A stretch of 57,832 nucleotides of DNA, filler included, from Streblomastix strix (lineage: Eukaryota): the NCBI GenBank assembly GCA_008636045.1. It is 3 parts of 3 records of this genome, joined end to end, with 100 filler letters (N's around TTAATTAATTAA, not from the genome) between each part and the next. Parts side by side here need not be neighbours in the genome. Positions count along the whole stretch, not along the records: positions 1 to 19,221 come from SNRW01000532.1; positions 19,322 to 38,540 come from SNRW01000533.1; 1 more part is not named here. One strand, given 5' to 3'. Shown piece after piece: positions 15,058 to 28,610 of this stretch. Made by a program: the position numbers and the translations under genes. Each line of letters begins with the position of its first letter. The stretch's first letter is position 1. Below the pieces are notes generated by a model. It was not told the DNA's origin. It saw only the letters and a list, made by a program, of their open reading frames with translations, and did not search any database.

Positions 15058-16723
15058 TCATTCATTATTCCAATTCTGACCCCATTCAAACTCTTTTGAT
15101 TCATCAACTCCAATTGCAGAAGAACATGAAAGTTTCTCAAGTTTTTATATGGTGAATTGTGAATTGGAATTGAAAAGGCATATCTAAATATTATTTGAAA
15201 AAAATGAATTATACAAAATATATAGCATTTAATTTTAAATATTCTATTATAACAATGATAAATAATAAATATCATATAGTTTTAAATATTTTAATAAATC
15301 ATCAAATAATAATACCATAAATCGGATTGCTGGAGGAATATCAACAACATAATTACGTTGTTCCTCATTATCTACAAAAAAATGAACAGATTTTGGCTAA
15401 GAAGCCAAGTCTACCTCGCAGGATATAATTTACTTATTGATGAATTGTTTATTTCCTCTTATACCAGGAAAACTCATGTGTTGGAGAAATCCACTATAAA
15501 ATATATGAAAATATATACAAAAATTGGATAAAAATATTAAAATATTAAAAAATGGGGGAAAAAATAATTAATGATTTGTATTAGTATTGAATATTTATTA
15601 TAAAATAAATATTAATATATAATGTTATACTTGATGCTAGAGTAAGAAAGAATTTTTCCTTTGTCTATAATGAAAATATTAGAGATAAATATGTAAATTA
15701 GTAATAATTAAAATAATAATAAAATATTTTTAAATATTAGTTTTATATATATTTTTCAAACATTGCCCAATACTAGCATTTGCATCAAAAATTATAGAAG
15801 CGTCAGCAATTCCTATCACTTTAATAAATGATTAATTAATTATGAAAAATAAATCAATACATGATTATAATATTATAATTATTGATTAATATTCATTTTA
15901 AATTAAGCAAACTACAATTACTACTAATTTTGTCGAAAAATCCCTGGAATCGAGTAATTCCACTTGATACAACAGGATCAAAAGCCACAATGCACAGATT
16001 ATTATTTTTGGGTGAATGATTTATTTTATTTCCTTCAAGACGGCAATCTTATTTATTAAGTATGTTTGGAATAGGATTAATTTGTATTGGAGGAGAAGTG
16101 GCAACTAATATTGGATATTAAAATTAGAAAAATATAGAAATTTAATAAAGTTAAATATAATATTATTTTAATAAATAATGAACTATATTAATATTTCTAT
16201 TATTAATAAATAGATCGTTCATACCTGGAAGACCTCTAGCTGAAGTTTACCTCGATTTCTGCACTGGACTTTCATTTTTCTGTTTTGGATAAGCCAAATC
16301 AATTTTAGAAGGGTCCAAGTCAATCTTCGACGCTCGCTTCTATTGAGGCCCCGGAGTCTTAGATCTTTCGTAGCTTGGAGACATTATAGGCTGGAAAATG
16401 TCAATTGAATGTTTCTGCTCAACGTTTGGTAAAGGGAAGCGTGAAATGGGCTGTTTTGGGTTTGGCGGGCTGAGTCTGGAGTTTGAATTGACTTATCCTG
16501 TTTTAAGTTGCATATTCTCCATTTTGAGAGTTAATATTTCAATTTCTATCTTTAGCTGGGCGTTTTCAGATCTGATTCTGGCATTGTCGTTTTCATAAAA
16601 TTCGATTCGGTCTTTTTCTTTCTATTTTTCAATTTCGTAATTTCGCCTGTCAAATTCTGCTGCTTTTGATTTGTCTTCTAACTCTTTAATTTTCCTGATA
16701 AAATCTTGAGACGAACTTGACAT
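15058..16723 (-). CDS. Multi-exon protein with N-terminal coiled coil and C-terminal SPRY-like domain
   Basis: ATG 16723 (MSSSSQDFIRKIKELEDK...). Later exons read CIVAFDPVVSSGITRFQGFF, IGIADASIIF, IISCEVDLASQPKSVHFFVDNEEQRNYVVDIPPAIRF, ...KEFEWGQNWNNE*; TGA 15058-15060. Several GT-AG introns. Confidence 0.65.
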
Positions 16724-17527
16724 CTTTTAAAATATAAAATTGAAATAAAAATTTTCAAATAAATATTTGTAGATAATCAAAAAATTGAATTTGTGAGCAA
16801 CAAAAATTTAATTGAGTATTTGTAAATATTTTTCTTTTATTGCATATGAAAATGAAAATAAATAATAGAAATAAAATTTTATAAAAAAAAATGATACTCA
16901 CGACACGAGAAAAATGCCAATTACAGTTTTTAATTTTAGAGCAGAATTATTAGCAGTTGAAAAGATATAAAAACAGAAGTAAATTTTATAATTCACCAAA
17001 ATAGAGTAAAAATAAAAAATATATAAAATATAAAATATAAATAATAAATAATAAAACGCTTGTAAATTTTCAAAAATAAAATAAAAGCAAATTTCTTGTT
17101 GTTTGAATTTTCATCCATATTAAAAGTATCAATAATTACTTTATTACAAGTGTATATTGCATTTTTTGCATTATTTATATGTTATTATTTAATGGATATT
17201 TTTTTCTAGACTATCTTTAATCCACTTTAATAAATAGTAATATTAAATATTTACTTAAAATTAATCATTTAAATTTATACAAAATATCCCAAATTATTCT
17301 AAATTACACTCTTTTTTGTTATAAAAAACAATCTTTCTATTTAATATTTTATCAAATTTTATTTTTTATTGAATGATAGAAGAAAAGGTTAAATGACTAT
17401 GAAAAGAATAATAAATGAAGTGAATGAACGAGAAATGAAACTAAATGTTTCAAAATGAAAATTAGAATGAGAATTAGAATGGTTCAATTACTAAAATATA
17501 TTCAATTCTACCTAGATTGCACTATAA

Positions 17528-19221
17528 TCAAACAGTTCTTAGTTTCTGTTTGTGTGATACTATATCAGCTACAAGTGTTTTCTATGTATTATGAAAAGAA
17601 AAAGAAAAAGAATAAAAAAAGTTTTGATTAATTCTTATTAATTAATAAAAATTCATTTTTTTTCAAATATATTCATAATTCAAACTTTGTATTCTGCCCA
17701 TTTCTACTTCTCACAAAACAAGCGCGTGATTTCAGCTCGCGGCGTATATCGCTGAAATAAAATTAAATAAAATAGAAAATGAATAATATAATACATTAGA
17801 AAATACAAATAAAAATTAATATTTGATTTTATATATAATTGCATACTCTTGAGAATTCCTTAATAGCTTGGAGTGTTGTTCCAGCAATGACTGAATATTT
17901 AATATGAATTAAAATCCGATAAAAATTGAAGTAATAAAAACATGTATTTCTTCATTTATTTAAGTACTAATTACTTTCTTTTATATAAAATTTAATTATT
18001 CATCCATACATCTTCCAAAGTCAATCTTTGAAAGCACTAAACATGTGAGTGGAACATGTGCAATGACTGAAGCAGATCTTGGAGCTGTGTTCAATAGACC
18101 AAGTTCACCAAAGAAATCTATTTGATTGAATATTGAATAAATTATATTAAAATATAATAATAAAATAATAATAATTAGAAAATATAGGAAAAAATTCTTG
18201 ATATTATATATATGACAAATATTAATGGAGTGCTTAAATAATTCTATACCATATGGTCCAATTTGTGTGATTTCAACAAATCTTGGCTATGATTATAAAT
18301 GGATATATGAGATTTTATATTAATGAATAAATAGAGGGAAAATGCATTTAATTATCATATTATACAAACTATTTTCTTGTATGGAATTGTCATCACAACA
18401 GAAGCTTTTCCTGAGGTCGGTAAATATATATAATATAATCATTATAAATAAATGTATATAAAAATACAAATTCGGTTTAACTTAAATTTATTCATTTATG
18501 CATATATTAACAATCTCATCTTTCATATACTATACTAATACATTACTCATAACATTCACCATATTTAATACACAACACACCATCCAACACAAAATACATG
18601 GCATTTGCATCATCTCCCTCCCGGACAACGACCTTATTAGGGGGGAATTCCTGTTCCACCATCACTTCAGCCATTAAGCGGAGCTCATCGGGTGCCATGT
18701 GACGGAGAACAGCAATCTGATAAATATAGTAAAATAACAATATGAATTTAATTAGATATTGAAATAAATATAATAATAATAAAAAATTTATTCGTATATA
18801 TTCAATTAATAAATATAGAAATTATTTATACATCAGATAAGAATGTAACTCTTTCTTACAGTTCTCTCTCATGTTTGGTCTGAAATATAAAAGATTAAAA
18901 TAAATAAATAAAATATATTATATTATCCATATTTAAAATAAATTCAATTTTAGATTAAAACATTTATTTAATTAATATAATAAAAAAAAAAATTCTCAAT
19001 ACCTCAAACAGCTTCTCGTAATCCGCCGCATCCACTTTCACCAGCTCCGTATCCCCATCAGCAGTGCAAGTCGCAGCTCTTGGAAGTTTCTTCAGAATTC
19101 CCAACTGCCCAAAACCATCTCCAGGTGAAAGACGCACAAAACCTTCTTTTAGCCTTTTAGTTACGAGAATGGAGCCGTCGATGATGATGTAGAAGGCGTC
19201 GGACGTGTCGTCTTGCTGGAA
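17528..19221 (-). CDS. Tandem cyclic-nucleotide-binding domain protein (PKA regulatory/CNBD-like), 5'-truncated by the contig end, many introns
   Basis: Exons give FQQDDTSDAFYIIIDG...GDGFGQLGILKKLPRAATC, VVREGDDANAMYFVLDG and DFFGELGLLNTAPRSASVIAHVPLTCLVLSK, i.e. two cNMP phosphate-binding cassettes. TGA 17528-17530. Confidence 0.85.
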
Positions 19222-19321
19222 NNNNNNNNNNNNNNNNNNNNNNNNNNNNNNNNNNNNNNNNNNNNTTAATTAATTAANNNNNNNNNNNNNNNNNNNNNNN
19301 NNNNNNNNNNNNNNNNNNNNN
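19222..19321. other. Artificial contig-joining linker (N run with TTAATTAATTAA)
   Basis: 100-bp N block with the six-frame-stop 12-mer at 19266-19277; genes are cut on both sides. Confidence 0.97.
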
Positions 19322-19800
19322 GATAATATATTCAACAACACAAGCGGTGGTAGAGCGAGTGATCTGATCATGAATGTGAAACCGTACAAGTACTACATAT
19401 ATGAGATCTTTGGACATATATCTATCCCAACATATCCTGATCGACCTACAATTATTATAGGAGATGATATTATCCAACAAAGCTACAACTTCCACAGGGA
19501 TAGACTTGACTTCATAATAATCGATGCAGATAATCAAGATCGGCATAAACAAGAACTGCAGTACTAACCATCAATAGGAGAAGCTCTTGATCATATGGCT
19601 CTGAATTATACAGGATGGGATCTAACCTTCTAATTGGAACCTGGAATACATGGGATTGATGGAAACGACGCTTGGGGATTAACGCTGACTATTGGCAGAA
19701 CCAGCGATTGGAAAGACAGGATTGAGTACTTCCATCCATAGAAAATTACTATAATTGGAGCTACAAAATCTGTGTTTGAAGAAGATGGAGATGATGGTGC

Positions 19801-19838
<38 letters not shown>

Positions 19839-20215
19839 AATAAGAAAAAAATGAAGAAGTTACAATTCAGAGATCGAATGGAAATTCTTTTGCTTTTAAA
19901 CTGATACGAACGGCTACTCTGATATTATAGAATATAAAAGTATAAGGAAGTAGAACTAGAGTTGATGGCGATAACGCTTTCGTGACCACATATGATGAAT
20001 CTCATATAATACTTGATCATATGAAGTTCACAAACACTGACTAGAAATTCGAGCTGATTTAAATTCTAAGCTATTCTTAAGTCATTCTGACTAACAATTA
20101 CTTCTTAAATAGCTCTGGATCTGTGATAGTATCTGCGCTATATACAAATATGAGCAGAAATCTTACTATAACTGGAAACGTTTTCGCCAATGAAATGGTT
20201 CTAATTAATTATGAT
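19322..20215 (+). CDS. 5'-truncated fragment of a probable right-handed beta-helix (pectin-lyase-like) surface protein; 3' end uncertain
   Basis: Open frame (TAR=Gln) from the contig edge: ...LEPGIHG...KITIIGAT..poly-D..EVTIQRS...TLILQNIKVQG...IILDHMKFTN...VILTNNYFLNSSGS...LTITGNVF, a repetitive beta-helix-like pattern. Confidence 0.5.
19802..19834 (+). repeat. (GAT)n repeat encoding poly-Asp
   Basis: gatgatgat... run in frame with the upstream ORF. Confidence 0.9.
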
Positions 20216-20579
20216 GTATAACACATATACTATAAATTTATATATAAATCATGCAATTATTCTATGGCAGTTAATTTACTATTTTACCTTTTTTACTAAA
20301 TAAAACAGCAATCGAAGCAAATTATATGCATAAATAGACAGTTATAATAAAATGCATTTAACTTCACCATTTCAAATAAATAACTCATTATTTTAATATT
20401 TTTTATTGTATATTTATATTTATTCGAATTTGCAAATATTAATATTGTTAATACATCAACATATGCAATGATTTTCATTAAGAAATGATATTTCTCGTTT
20501 ACTCTTTTTTCTCAACAAATATATAGTATTCAATGAATTATTTTGCAATTTATTTTTTTATTGCATAATTTTATAGCAA

Positions 20580-23560
20580 TAAACCTACAAAATCATCAAA
20601 ATAGCTGCAGACTATTGTTAGTTTGAGATTTAAACCAGAGATTCCACTAGCAAAGAATTGATTAGCCTAATAGATAATAGCGTATTCTAATTCTTACAAT
20701 GAATACTGATGTTTCATCCCAGTCATTGTTGTAGGAGCAGCCTCAATAATTGGAAAGGCAGTTGCAATGTTAGTAACATTGTTAGAATTAGAAGCAAAGA
20801 GGTCTATACAATTGGTTATCACTCCATAACGCTCTGGAGGAGTATTTTATTGACCACCTACATAAGTATGATTGTAATTGTTTAGTGTTGTTATTAATTT
20901 CTATGCTTGTAGATTTTTGTTTATACCATCTAACAAATTACTTCTCATAATAAGTTATTGCAAAAGATCTAAAGAAAATTGAATAACCTAATTGTCATAC
21001 TCATTCCAATCTGGAGTACACATAACAATATTACTTATCGCAACAGATGCATCTAATTATGCAAGAATTTGGAGTATATAAAGAGGTTGCATTTCACAGT
21101 GGAAACACAATAGATAGAGCGTGGATAATGCAATGTTATGAAGATTATATAAAACATTTCGATTGAGGATAATTTCTTTCATAGGAGTCTTTCTTAAAGT
21201 TTATTCGGTTATCATATTTTCATTAAGTATAAGATCATCATAATAAGGAATAATGAAAAGCTGAACAAAACATAAGATCTAAATCCTATCATATATAAGT
21301 CAATCTACCGAATGGAATTGTGTGTGTAATGCAAATTACCAGAGAATGCTCATACAATTCCGGGTCACATCAATATAAGCATCCATATTCTCACGAATCA
21401 CTCCAAGGATTATGCTTAGATCTTTACTTCAACAAAAATCGATGCAACGTATTTATTAGAACATGCCGATTATATTGCATATTATCACTCTGGATATGAT
21501 ATATTCTAACAGATGCTGAAGGATGAAAAACAAAAATAAAACTTTTTTGCTGAATACTACATGGAACGCACTTGATGATCAAGAAGTACATTTATCTTAC
21601 CATGTCATCTGTGATTTATATGCAAAGAAAATGAAGTTATACATTATCGATGCATGGAAATAGCCAAAGAAACCAAAATTTGATATTTCATCAGCATGTT
21701 CATTGATATCGTCTTCTTCACACTGCTAAAATTATCGATAAAGTTTATACAATTGAACTTTTGAAGAAATTATTCAAGAAAACATATACCATAAAAGGAG
21801 AGAAAGTGATCAACAGAATATCGCAGTAATAGATGTGACGCCCATTGACTTATTAAAATCATCTCTCCAGCCTAATGGAAATGCAATAAATATCCAAAAT
21901 TACACCAGTGCGTCAATACCACAATTAAAAAATGAAATTATGGCACCCTGCTGCCGTTATTTAAGAGAAAACATGCAAATTTCAACACTGCTCAGAAACT
22001 GTAAAGGTGGAATTATACCAACTGCGACATCCAGATATGAGTTGAGAGATCTATTAGTTATAGTGCCTTAAGGGAGCGGTGATAAATGTAGTTAATGCAA
22101 TCAGATCTCGCTAGTATATGCACTTATTCAGTTTTACTGTCATTTTTACTTACACTTGAAGAACAATCAAAAGGTCCAACTGAGAAATTTATCACTAAAC
22201 CTGATCATGACAAAGAATTCATAAGTTTAAACATTTATATCTGAATATTGCAGCTAGATTGCATAAAATACAATATATGCGATGAAACTTGTCCATCTAA
22301 AGCACTCACAATGGTTCCACTACATACATATGATGATGATACTAAAAAAGTGGGAATATTCAACTAAACTGCCAATCTGTAATGACATTATAGAAACCAC
22401 GTTTGAAAAACTGAATATCAAAACTTCATAATACCATCAACCACTTCTAGAATTCTCTGCTGCATTCATTGGATGAGACGAAGACCCTCTATATTAAACT
22501 ATTCACACAGTTGTTTGGTGATAGTATAATAATAGAAAATTCGATTGAATATTCATCTATCTGTGGTGGGTCAGCTCCATGGTGTCCATATGTAGTTAAT
22601 TCTAAAAAGACAAGGACCAGTTTGGGCAAATTCTCTACTTGAAGACAAAACTGAATATGGATTTGGAATGTTGATATCAAGGATATAGAGACGTAAAAGA
22701 ATCTTAGATATAGACAATAAAGTAGGATCAATTTCTAATCCACCACATGCTGTTAACGAAGTTGAATAATATTGTATCGCAATTGTTAAACCAACAGAGA
22801 AATTACAATAAATTATTTATGAATTAAAGAAATCTATAGAAGTATATGAAACTGAAACACCCATTTTAGCTGATCTATATAAAAGTTATGATTTATTCAC
22901 AAGGAAATCACCATTGATGATCTGAGGGGATTGTTGAACATATGATATTGGCTTTGGTAGTTTAGATAATGTAATTGCATGTGATATGAACTTGAATATT
23001 ATAGTACTTAATAGTGAAGTGAATTCAAATACAAAGGGAATGATGTTATAAGCTACTCAACTAGATGCATCTGTAAAATTCGCTTCTACTGTTAAGAAAA
23101 CAACTAAGAAGAACCTTAAGTCTGAAATTCATTAGATATGGTAATATATATGTTGCGCAAGTAGAACTTGGAGCTAATTTGCTACAGATACTTCTTATAA
23201 TACAAGAAATCGAAGCGTTTCCCAAGTCCTTCAATTATCACAGAATATGCACCTTTCTTGAATCATGAAATCAAAGAAGGGCATGTGAATATGATATAGG
23301 AAGATACCCTAGCTGTGAAATACTGGTATTGGACTTTGTTCAGGGATAATTCACTTCTAGTAAAAGAAGGGAAAAATCCATTCCAACTTAGATTCAACAG
23401 ATCCCATTGGTGATCTGAAAGAGTTTATATTCAGGGAATTTAGGTTTCACTCAATGATAAGGTCATTTAGGAAAGAAGCTAAGCGTTTGCATGCATTACT
23501 TGTTATTGGCACGACAGCTGACTACAAGAGATGCAATAACTTCGTTGATAATGAATTTTG
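20580..23560 (+). pseudogene. Pyruvate:ferredoxin oxidoreductase (PFOR/NifJ-type) pseudogene lacking the N-terminal part
   Basis: Decayed motifs in the correct order: CSQCNQISLV (CIQCNQC), DCIKYNICDETCPSKALTM (DCTGCGxCxxxCP), QPLLEFSAAFIG*DE (QPLLEFSGACxGCGE), KLFTQLFGD, WANSLLEDKTEYGFG, I*GDC*TYDIGFGSLDNV..NIIVLNSEVNSNT. Multiple frameshifts and TGAs. Confidence 0.9.
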
Positions 23561-23899
23561 ATTCTACACATAATTATCATATTCAGCAAAGCTTATGAAA
23601 ATACCATCCGAATGTAATCTATTAGTAACTTATAATAACAATACATCTGACTGCAGAAATGAATTCAGCTGAAATGGGTGAGTGCTGTTTGTTTTATAGA
23701 CTCCTTCTCATTAATAGTTTATTTAAATTTCTTCTACACATATTTATATCTTTTTATCCTACTTATCTCGTTCTAATACAACTAGCTAACTCTAAATTAG
23801 TTCGGTTCATTTTATTTTTAAATTAACTTCAATATAAATACTGAATAGGATTAAAATAAGCAATTTTATTTAAATTTTCTATTTAAACAAATTTTTCAT

Positions 23900-25900
23900 T
23901 TAATCACTTATCTACATCCATGAATCAGGAAGTGATATAACAATGATCTTCCCTTTGTTATTACCTGTTACAAAACAGATAAAAACAGTTACTATTCATT
24001 TGGTAGTAATTTTCTTCTTTTTGATGATCAATTTCTGTAATTTAGTTCTCCAATTGTATAATTGGTTTTTCTTTTGATGATTCCTGATAAGGCAGAACTT
24101 TTACACAAAGTGGCTTTATAGTTTAAATTTTATTCTATTGTTTTCTGAGAGTTACCAAGTGATCTAATTATTACATCAGACTTTGAATCTTTTGTTAGAT
24201 TGCTTCCTGAATTATTCACATTAACGAAATTAATAAAATAATATATGATAAATAAATATATATTAAATAATTTAAATAGTTTTAAAAATTAAACTAAAAT
24301 TACCTGAAATAATAATTAAAAAAATCAAACTTCATTTATGTGTATGTATTGAATATAAATTGCAAAAATATTGGTAATTTTTAATGCATTATTTACTTAC
24401 AATCCTTATATTTCAGTTAAAATTCTGTAATTTTAAAAATTTTCATTGATTATTGGTAATATACTTGCAAGTATTATCTTATCATTTATTAATTTATTTA
24501 TTTTACTTTTGATTTTACACTTACCTAAGGAGAATTTAATAAATTATTTTTTGTATTGTATTTATACTTATAAATATCAAATGATAATATCTCCTTTTCT
24601 AAAACCAATATTGTTGAAAAAATATTTAAATAAAGTTGAAAATTTGATTATTCCAGAATCATAAATAATTCTAGTTGTTCTGGCAGATATTCATTTCTTA
24701 ATATAGTTTCAAAAATCTTTTAATTTTAAAATATCATTAAATTATTTCGAATCAATAGAAAGCGCAGTAATGAATACTTAACTTATAAATGTATTTAGAT
24801 AAAAATTAGAGTTAATTTTATCAATAAACCTCTCTGCATGGTTAGAAACATTTTAACTTCTGAATTTGATAATTACGAATTAATTTTATTTCATATGATA
24901 AGGTCCTTTGGGTATTCATTTAATAAATGATTTTAATTTATCCAAGAAAAAAACTGAAAATATGATTAAAATCATTCAATGAACCTCTTCCTTATCTGAA
25001 TGTTCATCTTTTTGCAAATATTTTATCAATAAATGCCGAATTTATTATTGTGGATGTATTTTCTTATGTATGAATTAATTAAAAGTTAAATTAAATAAAT
25101 AATTCAGTAATTTGATCATTATAATGCGAAATTTTGCTTTCAATATTGTTATTTTTGAATTTATCGCAATGATTGTTTTTGGAATCAAAACTCTCTTTAG
25201 TATCAATAATGGTAATGCGTTATTAGTTCAAGAGATAATTTATATTGAAGTTGCAGTATTTACGTTCAAAGTTGAATTTTCACAAGCATAATCAGAAAAT
25301 TTTGTATTTTTTGAAGAATTTGACTCTAGAATATTAATAATTCTGGTCCAATACTTATATACATATCAAAAAATGTTAATAGTTAATCCATATAGTTTCA
25401 AATTAGTTTCCAATGATTTATAACATCCAAATTTGTCTGTAATATTTGACAACAATAATTGCTTTTATATTGATATAATGTTTTTTAATATATTTCATCG
25501 ATTGTATTTGGAAGATTGGAAATTTTTAATAAATTATAAAATTTCTATTGAACAAAATTGACTTTTCATACTATACTTTTGGGATAGATATGAAGATTGA
25601 AAAGGAACTGAATATACATAGGTATAAATTCTTGATCCATTAAAGATGAATATTATAAAATTGTATGGTTAGTTTTTAGGAATAATAAGTTATGATAATC
25701 GCCCAAATAAAGATGATACTTAGAGAAGGATTATTATAAAAGTGGAATTTTTAGTTAATAAATAATAAAATTTAAATAAATTTAAATCGCTCCAATGTTA
25801 ATTAATATTCACCTGATAAATTATTTTCTTTAAATGTTTTATTGATAATTGAGACTTAATAATTTTTTCTGATAATTTCAAATATAAATTGAAAAATTTA
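23900..25900 (-). pseudogene. Possible decayed gene of unknown family
   Basis: Coding-like stretches on the minus strand broken by TGAs and frame changes; no motif recognised. Confidence 0.25.
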
Positions 25901-26939
25901 GCTTTAACTTCGAACAACTAAATTTTGGCTCGAAATTAATGTTAAGCAAATTTATCTGGTATATAAATATATTGCAAAATTAAATATATTTGCAATAAAT
26001 AATGTTAAAATCAAAGTATTTAAATTACAATGGAATACATAGTATATTAAAAGTTATTTTTAAGTAGTTTATATTAAAACGTCTACAATATCGCCATTAT
26101 CAGAATCTTTCTGAAAAGATATTTTAAATATTTATCACAATGTAAAATATGTAATATAAAAAACAACAATTCAACGCACTTTATCAGATTTGAGCATGAA
26201 AATGAGAAGAGATTATGTTAAAGTGTCAATAGCTGCAGAGAATACCAAAAAATACATATAAACAAATAAATGTATAAATATTGTTGAAGTTGTTTGTTAA
26301 GTTATAGTACGCACAGAATACTATTTCAATTTACTTGTACAATTTAAAAATTTTTGACTTTTTCAATAAAACTTGTTTTTCATTCACAATATATTTATAT
26401 TTATACGAATATTACATTACTTATCATATATATTTGTTATATAGTTTTAACTCAATCTATCCGAAAATTTTGCTTACCGTTGGGCCCTAACCTAATTAAG
26501 GTGTTAATAATTATAGCCAAAAATTAAATTTTGAAATTTATTAATGTTTTTAAATTATATTTTAAATATATTTTAAATTTTTAATTTACAATAAAAGCAA
26601 TATTAATTTCATTTTAAAAAATATCTTAAAATATTATCAAATTTCTAAATTAACTATGATTCAAAAAATTTTTATTGAACAAGATACACTGATTAACGTC
26701 TATAAATGAATATATATTTAAATTGTTAACTTGAATATGTGTTTTAAATATGTTAGCGTTAATGTGCGTTTCCAAATACAAAAATTAATTATTTTAAACA
26801 GATATTCAATTTCAATTTAAAAATGTAGATCAAGATTAAAATTTATTAAGGCAATTATTTTATATAATTAGAATATAATTTAAAAATTTGTTGAATGGAT
26901 ATAGACTTTAAAAACACATGCCTGTTAATTTATTAGAAA

Positions 26940-28610
26940 ATTCAGTAAATTCAAGATTTTTATTAAATAACAAAGTTTTAAATAATAAGATTTTGTTATA
27001 GTTTTTTGGAATAAAGTGAATTAAAATCGAATTAAATTTTAAATATATAAAGTATTTTAATAAATTCGGCTTGAGCTTCGTAATATTTTTCTAAATATTT
27101 AAAAAATGTTCATAATTTTAATATGTTAATTTTAAAAATTTTAGGATTTAGTTAAATTTTTGAATCAATATAAATATAAAATGAATTTTTTTTTAAATAA
27201 TAAATTTTATTAAAATATTTTTTTCAAATAATATTTAATTTAAAAAAATTAAGATTAAAAATTAGTAAAAAGTTTATTGCAATATTTTATTCGTTAAAAA
27301 TATAGCAGATATTGTTAAAAAGAATTAATTAGAAAAAATTTTGGATCAATCTAAAATTAAAATTTTTAAATTTTCTTTCTGTTGATTTAATAAATTTAAA
27401 TATGGATGATTCCACCCAAAGATGACAATTACAGGTTTATTTGCTAAAATTATTTTAAAAAAATTTATTAACAATTTTCATAAATATAAAAATCATAATT
27501 TTGCTTAATTGGAAAAAATTGAAAAAAATAAAAATTTCGTTTTTATGCCTCAAAGATGCATTATAAGTTTAACATTTTTATTCAAATTAATTAAAATAAA
27601 TATTTTAGTTATAATTATTTCAAATTTCTTTATTTTTCGCGGCAAGAGCAAATACAATCAGCCATTTTTAAATTTTTTAGATTATTGCTTCATACAATGA
27701 TTCATACATTTTTCTTTTGGTAATTTAGTTTAATAAATATTATTTTTCAATTGGTTCTATGATTATATTTATTTTTTGTTATAAATGATTCATGCAATTT
27801 GCAAAAAAAAATGAAAAAATGTTTTAAACATCGAAAGATTACATTTTTTGATTATTTATTATAAAATAACTAATATTTAGAATAGTATAAAATTACTAAA
27901 AAAACAATTAATGTGTTTGAAATAATCGTAAAAATTAAAAAATTTAAAAAATCGAATTTCTGCCTCATTTGCCGCGAAAAATAAAATATTTTACATTAAA
28001 TTTGACTGAAAATAAAATTAAATAAAAATTAAATTAATATCTACAAAAACACAATCAGATTCAAAAACAAAAAATTCGGAATTATATTTTTTGCACTTTT
28101 TTCTAGATATGCAAAATTAAGTTTTTTTACATTTACGAAAATTATTTTTAAAATTATTTTAAATTTTTTTATATAAAAAAATTTGTAATGTTGCTCGGGG
28201 GCGGAACCTTGCATATATTGAAAATTTTGATTTTAAAATTTAATTATAAATACTATTTCAATTAAAAAAAAGTTAATTAATTTTACATATTTAACAAATT
28301 AATAATTTAAAAAATAAAATAATAAATTTATTTGTATAAATCTGATAAGTTTTTGTATAGATGGAATTGGTTTTAATAAATGATTAAAATTTATTTATTA
28401 AAATTTTATTTTATTTCTATTGAATAATGCTAGAAATAAATGAAATTTAGAAAAAATATACGAAAAATTTTAAGTACTTACATACGTTTATTTATTTTTT
28501 AAAGATTAACTTAATAATTATTGATTTCTGTTAAAATATCAAACAACAAAATCAGATATAAAAGAAATTAATGAAAATTGATAAAAAAATCTTAAATTCT
28601 GGCAAAAAAA
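26940..28610. mobile_element. Large degenerate inverted repeat (foldback/MITE-like), centre ~27800
   Basis: TTTATTTTTCGCGGCAA (27629-27645) is the exact reverse complement of 27969-27985. Further mirrored blocks at ~27405-27435/~28185-28215, ~27077-27100/~28443-28465 and ~26945-26965/~28580-28600. Confidence 0.7.

Noticed and set aside
22920..22945. TGA at the conserved Trp of PFOR GDGW as support for UGA=Trp
   Set aside because: The copy is heavily frameshifted and also has TGA at Gly and Cys positions, so these are pseudogene mutations.
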